Shown: in pieces, positions 1 through 7,097 of the stretch
Layout: each line of letters starts with the position of its first letter
Position numbering within the stretch: the first letter of the stretch is position 1
NCBI GenBank assembly: GCA_963666275.2
Contig: CAXXOA010000001.1
Span: forward strand, 1,792,001-1,856,000
DNA length: 64,000 bases
Origin: Oceanispirochaeta sp.
GTDB taxonomy: Bacteria > Spirochaetota > Spirochaetia > DSM-2461
Reading direction: 5' to 3'
Notes under the pieces: generated by a model
Databases searched by the model: none
Told to the model about the DNA's origin: nothing
What the model saw: only the letters and a program-made list of their open reading frames with translations
Position numbers and translations under genes: made by a program

Positions 1-309
1 CTTCCTGTTCGATACATCAGGAAAGGTTCTGGAGGAGATAAACCTGGAAACAGGAGAGGTCATCAGTTCGGTATTTCTCAAAAGCCGCCATCTGGCCAGG
101 GTCACAGAAGAGGAAACTCTCTTTTACGGCACCGACCATCAGGGTTCCACGGTTCTGCTTACCGATCAGACTGGCAAAATGGTCTGGTCGGGAGAGGCAA
201 CGCCCTTCGGAGACGGTGTGGTCAGGAAATCTGGGAACCGGCCGGATCTTGATGTGAAGTTTACAGGGAAGGATCTGGATGAGGATACGGGGCTGTATTA
301 CTTTAATGC
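1..309 (+). repeat. Rhs core direct repeat, copy 1 (copy 2 at 1725-2033)
   Basis: Colinear, ungapped match to 1725-2033 (offset 1724); about 14 substitutions by hand count. Confidence 0.95.
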
Positions 310-340
310 CAGCTATGATAGGTGCTTATGGTTTAGTTAA
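1..340 (+). pseudogene. Truncated Rhs-repeat-associated core fragment (partial, runs off the left edge)
   Basis: Frame starting at nt 2 reads FLFDTSGKVLEEINLETGEV...KFTGKDLDEDTGLYYFNA, then leaves Rhs homology and stops at TAA 338-340. The conserved RWYD...RFISEDP...DPTG end of the core is missing. Confidence 0.85.
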
Positions 341-445
341 AATATACTGGAAGAAATAGGCAATCTGTATTTGACAATGTTAAACAAACTATTAAGCCAT
401 TGAGTGTAGATGTAGCTAAAAATATTCAACGACCAAGGTATTGAT

Positions 446-676
446 ATGATGGATATACTTATTCTTATAATAGCTGGATTAATAAATTTTCTAGGTTGTA
501 TTTATTTAGTATTTTTCAGTCCAAAAAAAATTGAAAGGGAGAGAATAGATCTTGATAATCTTTCAAAGAAAAAAATAATAAAAAATATATCTATTATGGG
601 CAATATTGGAATTGTTGTAGGTTTTGGACTTTTTATATTGGCCGGTATTGCTTTTCTATATGAAAGACTATCATAA
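446..676 (+). CDS. Small two-TM membrane protein, putative orphan immunity protein
   Basis: 76 aa, AT-rich, two hydrophobic helices; directly follows the Rhs remnant in the position immunity genes occupy. Confidence 0.6.
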   Translation: MMDILILIIAGLINFLGCIYLVFFSPKKIERERIDLDNLSKKKIIKNISIMGNIGIVVGFGLFILAGIAFLYERLS

Positions 677-757
677 CCATGAGCTCACCTCCCCAACTGC
701 TGAATTATCCATACTGGATCCAGTAAAAACGGTCAGGTGCAGCGTTCATGAAGTAAC
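671..757. other. attC-like imperfect hairpin, site 1 (right core site degenerate)
   Basis: TCATAAC (671-677, contains the TAA stop of 446-676), GCTCACCT (683-690) ... GTCAGGTGCAGC (732-743). Shares these boxes with 3679-3736. Internal perfect palindrome TACTGGATCCAGTA at 712-725. Confidence 0.5.
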
Positions 758-760
758 GTT

Positions 761-1090
761 TCAAATACAAAGAATCTGATGTTCTTCTAAGAAATTATGA
801 TCTTCTTCCAGCAATTGTAGGAATCGGGAAGCAGGTCCCTGTGGTTTGTTCCTTCCGGATTCCCAAGCTTCAACAGTTTTGACCGAGACCCCGATTGCTT
901 CGGCAAAAATCATCTGGGAAAGATTCAGAGATTCCCGGATCTGTTTTATTTTATTTGCATTGTATTCCGGCACAGGAGACACCGTTAATTTTCGTCTTTT
1001 TGCCGGTTTCAGATTCCCTTTGCTGACTTCCAGGGCTTCATTCAGCCCTGTCATTATTGAATCAAAATAGCTGTTTTCTTTATTTTTCAT
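761..1090 (-). CDS. HigA-like XRE/HTH_3 antitoxin
   Basis: IKQIRESLNLSQMIFAEAIGVSVKTVEAWESGRNKPQGPA helix-turn-helix; overlaps the end of the upstream toxin gene; GGAGG Shine-Dalgarno. Confidence 0.9.
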   Translation of the reverse strand: MKNKENSYFDSIMTGLNEALEVSKGNLKPAKRRKLTVSPVPEYNANKIKQIRESLNLSQMIFAEAIGVSVKTVEAWESGRNKPQGPASRFLQLLEEDHNFLEEHQILCI

Positions 1091-1439
1091 CCTTGCCTCC
1101 CTGTTTTCTCAGGTTTGCCTTTATCTGTTCTATAGCTGATTTAATCAGCTTCTTTTCTGAGGGAGAAAGATTTGGTTTCTCACTCTTTTTGAAGCAGGCA
1201 ATCATGTAAATCTGTTCAAAGTAGGCAAAATCAACATAAAGGGTCCTTACACTTCCGCTTTTTCCCTTCCCGGGCAGTGCCCACCGCAGTTTTCTCAGTC
1301 CGCCTGTACCCTGAATCATATCTCCAGCCTCTGGATGCTCACAAAGAAAGACTTCCAGTTCTTTCAGCTCTTCGTCAGTTAGTCTGGCATCGGTCCATTG
1401 TTTTTCAAAATTAGGCATGTAGACAAATTCACGAGTCAT
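1080..1439 (-). CDS. Type II TA toxin, RelE/ParE superfamily (HigB-2-like)
   Basis: PEAGDMIQGTGGLRKLRWALPGKGKSGSVRTLY motif; toxin-before-antitoxin order as in higBA. Confidence 0.9.
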   Translation of the reverse strand: MTREFVYMPNFEKQWTDARLTDEELKELEVFLCEHPEAGDMIQGTGGLRKLRWALPGKGKSGSVRTLYVDFAYFEQIYMIACFKKSEKPNLSPSEKKLIKSAIEQIKANLRKQGGKDEK

Positions 1440-1445
1440 AAATTA

Positions 1446-1475
1446 ATACTACACCCCTATACAGTAGGGTGTCAA
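1446..1475 (-). promoter_or_regulatory. Sigma70 promoter of the TA operon with an operator-like inverted repeat
   Basis: Minus strand TTGACA (1475-1470), 18 nt spacer, TAGTAT (1451-1446). Inverted repeat ACACCCCTA-TACAG-TAGGGTGT at 1451-1472 covers the spacer. Confidence 0.75.
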
Positions 1476-1531
1476 TATTTCCTTTCTTAGAGCTGATAAT
1501 TATAGGTTTTTATGATATGAAGCAATATGAT

Positions 1532-1607
1532 GTTTCAAATACAAAAAATCTGATTTTCTGCCAGGAAAGTATGATCTTTTCCAGCAGTTGAAGGAACTGT
1601 GAATCAG
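1532..1607 (-). pseudogene. Relic 3' end of a second HigA-like antitoxin gene
   Basis: Aligns with 758-835. Translates as SQFLQLLE/DHTFLAENQIFCI* (one frameshift) versus SRFLQLLEEDHNFLEEHQILCI* in the intact antitoxin. Confidence 0.75.
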
Positions 1608-1653
1608 AATCCTATTATAAAAATACAGAAGTTCTCTAAAATTACTCACTCCT

Positions 1654-2973
1654 TTGTATTATCCCCTGTATGATAGAAACCGTTACCGCATCAAAAAACA
1701 GAACAAAGCGGGCCAGGAAACCCACTTCCTGTTCGATACATCAGGAAAGGTTCTGGAGGAGATAAACCTGGAAACAGGAGAGGTCATCAGTTCGGTATTT
1801 CTCAAAAGCCGCCATCTTGCCAGAGTCACAGAAGAGGAGACCCTGTTTTACGGCACCGACCATCAGGGTTCCACGGTTCTGGTTACCGATGAGGCTGGCA
1901 TAATGGTCTGGTCGGGAGAGGCGACGCCCTTCGGGGACGGTGTGGTCAGGAAATCGGGGAACCGGCCGGATCTTGATTTGAAGTATACAGGGAAGGATCT
2001 GGATGAGGATACGGGGCTGTATTACTTTAATGCAAGGTGGTATGATGCGGGGACGGGGAGATTCATATCTGAAGACCCCGCCAGGGATGGCTCAAATTGG
2101 TTTATTTATGTTTCAAATAATCCTTTGAAATTCACTGATCCAACAGGTTTATGGCGTACCCGAGAAGAGAGGCAGGCTGACCGTCAGGAAAGAAGAGATA
2201 GAAGAGAAGCAAGACGAGAACAAAGAAGCAATGATAGGGCTAAGGAAAATCTTGATAAAGCTAATGAGCAATTTGGAAAAGCTCAGAATGCTAGAACTGC
2301 GCTGGGTAGAAGATGGCATGCTTCTCGTGGAAGAATGTTTCAGGGATATGGAACACAACATATACAAAATAATTTGAATGAAGGTAGGCAAGTATCAGAT
2401 TCCGTATATGAAGCTTGGGGTAAATCATTTGAAGCTATGACTAACCTTTATGGTGAACAAGGTTCAGATTCTGCTTCTTCTGATTCTAGTGGTATTGGTT
2501 ATTATGATGGCTATATGCTTCAAGGAAACTCTAAGATGCCAGGGATGGCAAGAGAGGCATGTTTCTTTCGAACATACCAATCAATGGCAGAGCATTATCT
2601 GGGTGAAGCATTGACTGCTTTAGATATTGCAAAGTCTTATTTCTCACTAAGAAAATCAGGAGATATTGAAATGGGATATTTTGTACGGCAACCAGTGAAC
2701 GTGATTAATGATGCACTTCAAAGATTAGGAGCTGGTGATTTAGAGGCTATATATCTCGGGTCTGGTAGCTATTCTGATGATATGAAAATCCCTTCCGGAA
2801 CAACATACTTACGACTTGTCGGAAACCATCAGACTGATTCGTCAAAAGTTCATTCAGTTTTGGGGGATGCTACTGGTACGCCAATTTGGGACCCATCAAC
2901 CGGAGAGCCTCTGGAGAGCAGACATTATTTCCGTTGGAGTGCATTCGAAATTAAAAGGAGAGGATTCTATTAA
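1654..2973 (+). CDS. Orphan Rhs core fragment plus C-terminal toxin domain
   Basis: TDHQGS...YTGKDLDEDTGLYYFNARWYDAGTGRFISEDPARDGSNWFIYVSNNPLKFTDPTG core signature followed by an AT-richer C-terminal extension of roughly 270 aa. No N-terminal delivery domain; TTG start uncertain. Confidence 0.9.
   Translation: MYYPLYDRNRYRIKKQNKAGQETHFLFDTSGKVLEEINLETGEVISSVFLKSRHLARVTEEETLFYGTDHQGSTVLVTDEAGIMVWSGEATPFGDGVVRKSGNRPDLDLKYTGKDLDEDTGLYYFNARWYDAGTGRFISEDPARDGSNWFIYVSNNPLKFTDPTGLWRTREERQADRQERRDRREARREQRSNDRAKENLDKANEQFGKAQNARTALGRRWHASRGRMFQGYGTQHIQNNLNEGRQVSDSVYEAWGKSFEAMTNLYGEQGSDSASSDSSGIGYYDGYMLQGNSKMPGMAREACFFRTYQSMAEHYLGEALTALDIAKSYFSLRKSGDIEMGYFVRQPVNVINDALQRLGAGDLEAIYLGSGSYSDDMKIPSGTTYLRLVGNHQTDSSKVHSVLGDATGTPIWDPSTGEPLESRHYFRWSAFEIKRRGFY
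1725..2033 (+). repeat. Rhs core direct repeat, copy 2
   Basis: Matches 1-309. Confidence 0.95.
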
Positions 2974-2996
2974 AATATAGAACTAGGAGTATTATC

Positions 2997-3515
2997 GTGA
3001 GACGGCAATTATTTATTATTTATTTTGCAACAATTTCTATTTTAGCTTGTACTTCTGAGGATTTTTCAGAGGAAGAGTATATTGATAAATCAATTGAACT
3101 TATTGGTAGCTGGCAGGGAGATCAAAGTCAGAATTTTAATTTTGAAAAAGATACTATATGGGGTAGAGCAAAACTATCTTGGTACTGGCCACCGAACTCA
3201 TTTTATTTTGATTATATTGATGAGCGATGGGAACTGATTATTGCAGATAATGGAGCGTTTCAAATTGAAGAAGTTAATACTAGTATTGACTCAATCTCTT
3301 TATATCTAAAAATCAAACCCACAAATTCATCACAAATAATCGAAGGGTGGGTTAATTTTCACTTTATAGAAGATGGGAAATTATGGATTGAAATAGAAGA
3401 AAATAGCCTAATATTTCCCGCAGCAGATTTATGCGGACAGGATAACATTTATTATAGAACTTCAGGACCGACAGAGGCATTTAAAAGATCCTTTAGCAAT
3501 ACTCCAGGAATATAG
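2997..3515 (+). CDS. Lipoprotein, putative cognate immunity protein
   Basis: AGGAG SD, GTG start, signal peptide with lipobox ISILA-C, AT-rich, 23 nt after the Rhs toxin stop. Confidence 0.75.
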   Translation: MRRQLFIIYFATISILACTSEDFSEEEYIDKSIELIGSWQGDQSQNFNFEKDTIWGRAKLSWYWPPNSFYFDYIDERWELIIADNGAFQIEEVNTSIDSISLYLKIKPTNSSQIIEGWVNFHFIEDGKLWIEIEENSLIFPAADLCGQDNIYYRTSGPTEAFKRSFSNTPGI

Positions 3516-3678
3516 ATGTTTTTAACAGTATACAACATCTTTATGACGGTCCTGATTTATAGAAAAAATGGAATAATAAGGAAAATTTGTATAACAAATA
3601 TTAAAACTTATGCATCTAAAAATATCGAAAAAGAGCTTTTTTGGATAAATAAAAATATTGTATTCCGTGTAATGAATT

Positions 3679-3736
3679 TCATAACACCTATGCTCACCTG
3701 CAGGCTTGCCTGTCTGGTGCAGCATCTATGTTATGT
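3679..3736. other. attC-like imperfect hairpin, site 2
   Basis: CATAACA (3680-3686) pairs with TGTTATG (3729-3735); ATGCT-CACC pairs with GGTG-C-AGCAT leaving an unpaired C3720; terminal stem CAGGC/GCCTG. Confidence 0.65.
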
Positions 3737-4006
3737 AGGGGCAGGAATATCGAATTCACTTTCTGATCACCGGCACGATAAATCCATCTTTCCACTTTCG
3801 TGAAATTTTACCGAATTTTCATTCGACAAAATCACAATCATCAGTATAAAATACTCCGGGAAAATTGCTTTCTTCCCGTGGTTGTAAGCTCCTTGAAATC
3901 AGATTTATCAAAGAGTATTTTAAGGGATCTTCATAGAAAAACCACAGGGTTTATCCCATATTTCTGGAGAAATACCGTAAAATATCAGTAAAAGTGAAAG
4001 GATTTT

Positions 4007-4498
4007 ATGGGACAGTTAAAATTTAAAAATTCCGAAGCCGCCGATTCATCAACCCGGCAGGAAGGATACTGGAATATCCTGATTGTTGACGATGATCCGG
4101 AAATACATATTATGAGCCGCCTGGTCATGAAAGACTGGAAATACAGGGATCAGGGATTCAATCTGCTTTTTGCCAGTTCTTCCGCTCAGGCTAAAAAGAT
4201 TCTTCAGGAGGAAGACAGGGAGATTTCTCTGATCCTGCTGGATGTGGTCATGGAAAATGACAATTCAGGTCTTGATCTTGTCAGATACATAAGAGATATT
4301 CTAAAAAACCCGTTTGTACAGATTATTCTGCGGACCGGTCAGCCCGGAAAGGCTCCGGTTAGAAAAGTTATTACCGAATATGATATAAATGATTATAGAG
4401 AAAAGAATGAATTGACCGCAGATAAACTGTTTGTCACGGTTACGGCAGCACTCAGAAGTTATGAGCTGCTGCAGAAAGCACTTAAAAAAAATATTTGA
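4007..4498 (+). CDS. Response regulator receiver-domain protein
   Basis: ILIVDDD, LILLDVVME (phospho-Asp), IILRTGQPG, YREK motifs; no output domain. Confidence 0.85.
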   Translation: MGQLKFKNSEAADSSTRQEGYWNILIVDDDPEIHIMSRLVMKDWKYRDQGFNLLFASSSAQAKKILQEEDREISLILLDVVMENDNSGLDLVRYIRDILKNPFVQIILRTGQPGKAPVRKVITEYDINDYREKNELTADKLFVTVTAALRSYELLQKALKKNI

Positions 4499-4512
4499 AA
4501 TGAGGCATACCA

Positions 4513-5190
4513 TTGAAACTGATTCAGAATATGTGTAACGGTTTTATAAAATTTCTCCTTGTTACTAGCTGTAAAATCGACAGAAGCGAATTGAAAAAAA
4601 TCCCCCAGAAGGGGCCCTATATCCTTGTGGCCAATCATATAAATTTCCTCGAAGCCCCGCTGCTTTATATCTTTATGAGGCCCAGAAGGACAATTGCCCT
4701 GGCGAAATCGGAACTCTGGAACAGCCGTATGGGGGCCTTTCTGATGAATCTCTGGGAGGTTGTTCCCATTCAAAGGGGACAGACCGACTTCAAAGGGATG
4801 AAAATGGCCATGGATGTACTGAAGTCCGGTGATTTTCTCTGTCTGGCACCGGAAGGCACCAGAAGCAAAAACGGAAAACTTCTGAAAGGAAAGGGTGGGG
4901 TTCTGCTTTTTGCCCAGAAAAGCGGTGTTCCCATTATCCCTGTGGCCCATTACGGGGGAGAATCCTTTTTTACAAATCTGAAAAAGCTGAAACGGACCCC
5001 GGTGAAACTGAAAGTCGGAGAACCTGTTCAGATCATTCCGGAAGCACTGAAGACCAAAGATCATAGGGAACGTCAGGAAATTACCGATGAAATCATGATT
5101 ACCCTGGCCAGACTGCTCCCCGAGGAGTATCACGGGTATTATACGGGGCAGACGGAAAAGACTCTGAAATACCTAAAGGCAGTCGATTAA
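4513..5190 (+). CDS. 1-acyl-sn-glycerol-3-phosphate acyltransferase family (PlsC-like)
   Basis: ILVANHINFLE, LAKSELW, LAPEGTRS, VPIIPV motifs. Confidence 0.85.
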   Translation: MKLIQNMCNGFIKFLLVTSCKIDRSELKKIPQKGPYILVANHINFLEAPLLYIFMRPRRTIALAKSELWNSRMGAFLMNLWEVVPIQRGQTDFKGMKMAMDVLKSGDFLCLAPEGTRSKNGKLLKGKGGVLLFAQKSGVPIIPVAHYGGESFFTNLKKLKRTPVKLKVGEPVQIIPEALKTKDHRERQEITDEIMITLARLLPEEYHGYYTGQTEKTLKYLKAVD

Positions 5191-5263
5191 AGATCAGATA
5201 AGGGACAGGAAAATTTTCCTTTTTTATATATTATTGTTATAGTAATATATAGGAGGTCCTGAA

Positions 5264-6241
5264 ATGACAGACAGTAAAAAAACGGACACCGCTATTTTTG
5301 CAGGCGGCTGCTTCTGGTGTATGGTAGGCCCTTTTAAACAGGAAGAGGGGGTTGAAAGTGTTTCTTCCGGCTACATCGGCGGAGAACTTCCCCATCCTAC
5401 ATATGAAGAGGTCTGCTCTGGCAGTACAGGCCATTATGAAGCTGTTAAAATCCAGTATAACCCAGAAAAAATCTCCTACAGCCGGCTTCTGGATATCTTC
5501 TGGAGACAGATCGATCCCACAGATTCCCGGGGCCAGTTTGCCGACAAAGGGACTCAGTATAAGACGGCTGTTTTTTACATGGATCCGACACAAAAAGCCG
5601 AGGCATTGGCGTCAAAAGAAAAACTGGAACAGTCGGGTATCTTTTCAAAACCCATCGTTACGGAAATCCTGGAAGCCTCCACTTTTTATGATGCAGAAGA
5701 GTACCATCAGGATTATTATCTGAAATCTCCGGATCACTACAAAAGATACAGTCATTTTTCCGGTCGGGAAGGTTTTTTAAACCGAGTCTGGACCGGGACT
5801 ACCTGGAAGAAGCCTGCCCGGGAGACATTGAGAGAGAATCTGACGGAACTACAGTTTCAGGTAACCCAGAACAGCGCCACTGAGCCGCCATTCGAAAATC
5901 CCTATTTTGATAAAAAAGACGAAGGCCTCTATGTGGACATTGTCACAGGTGAGCCCCTTTTTTCTTCACTTGATAAATACGATTCCGGCTGCGGCTGGCC
6001 CAGTTTTACCAAACCCCTGGAGGGCACGGAGATTATCGAGAAAACGGACAGATCCCACTTTATGACCAGGGTGGAAGTCCGGAGCCTTTACGGAGACTCC
6101 CATCTGGGCCACGTTTTTAACGACGGTCCCGCCCCGGGAGGCTTACGCTACTGTATCAATTCCGCTTCCCTGAAGTTCATCCCCCGGGAAAAACTCTCCG
6201 AACAGGGGTACGGGGAGTATGAAAAACTCTTTACAGAGTAG
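5264..6241 (+). CDS. msrAB: Bifunctional peptide methionine sulfoxide reductase MsrA/MsrB
   Basis: FAGGCFWC and AEEYHQDYY (MsrA); [18 protein letters not shown] and RYCINS (MsrB). Confidence 0.95.
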   Translation: MTDSKKTDTAIFAGGCFWCMVGPFKQEEGVESVSSGYIGGELPHPTYEEVCSGSTGHYEAVKIQYNPEKISYSRLLDIFWRQIDPTDSRGQFADKGTQYKTAVFYMDPTQKAEALASKEKLEQSGIFSKPIVTEILEASTFYDAEEYHQDYYLKSPDHYKRYSHFSGREGFLNRVWTGTTWKKPARETLRENLTELQFQVTQNSATEPPFENPYFDKKDEGLYVDIVTGEPLFSSLDKYDSGCGWPSFTKPLEGTEIIEKTDRSHFMTRVEVRSLYGDSHLGHVFNDGPAPGGLRYCINSASLKFIPREKLSEQGYGEYEKLFTE

Positions 6242-6328
6242 TATATTGCTCATATGGAGCAAGCTCTGTAGAATGCTCTCGCAGTTATGAATATTGCAAT
6301 ACGATTCTGTTAAGGTGTGTAAGGAAAT

Positions 6329-7084
6329 ATGTCGTCAAAAACTCTGACCCGAAAAGTGGATAAGGCCATTCTCAAGTTCGAACTGATAGAACCGGGAGAC
6401 AAAATCCTCATTGCGGTTTCAGGCGGAAAAGATTCTCTGTCTCTTGCCTATTTTCTGGGACACAAACGCAAATCTTTTCCCATACCCTTTGAAGTCGGGG
6501 CTGTTCATATCGATTCTGATTTTGACGGCTGCGGGAAAAATCCCGATATGGCAAAACTGATGGAGAGGTGGGAAATTCCCTTTGAAACCGTGGAAATCCC
6601 TATTATGGGCCGGCTCAAACCGGGAAAAACCATGAACTGCTACTGGTGTTCCACCCAGAGAAGGATGGAGCTGATCCGCTATGCGGGTGAACACGGGTAT
6701 AACAAGATAGCCCTGGGGCATCATATGGATGATATGCTTGAAACTTTCTTTATGAATATGATCTATAAATCAGAGCTTTCCACCATGCTGCCCAAACTGA
6801 AATACGACAGATACCCCTATACGGTCATCCGTCCTCTGGCCTATGTGAAAGAGAGCGAAATCATTGAGTTTGCCCAGGAGAAGGGACTGCTGGAAGCCGC
6901 GGGAACCTGCTCCTACGGGACGACTTCTCATAGACTGGATGTCCGTCATATAATAGATGAAATGGCAGCACGGGAAGGGAATCATGTGAAAGACAATATT
7001 TTTGAATCCCTGAACAACCCGAATCACCGGTACATGCCCTATACGCTGCTGGAAGAAATCCGGAATAACAAGAAAGACATTTAA
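6329..7084 (+). CDS. ttcA: tRNA 2-thiocytidine biosynthesis TtcA family protein
   Basis: PP-loop VSGGKDS, CYWC, ALGHHMDD, VIRPL. Confidence 0.85.
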   Translation: MSSKTLTRKVDKAILKFELIEPGDKILIAVSGGKDSLSLAYFLGHKRKSFPIPFEVGAVHIDSDFDGCGKNPDMAKLMERWEIPFETVEIPIMGRLKPGKTMNCYWCSTQRRMELIRYAGEHGYNKIALGHHMDDMLETFFMNMIYKSELSTMLPKLKYDRYPYTVIRPLAYVKESEIIEFAQEKGLLEAAGTCSYGTTSHRLDVRHIIDEMAAREGNHVKDNIFESLNNPNHRYMPYTLLEEIRNNKKDI

Positions 7085-7097
7085 ACAGGATATATAT

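Noticed and set aside
3516..3991. ORFs 3516-3803, 3522-3725 and 3800-3991
   Set aside because: No SD or recognisable motifs, and they run across the attC-like hairpin and a probable promoter region. More likely degraded AT-rich cassette DNA and intergenic sequence.
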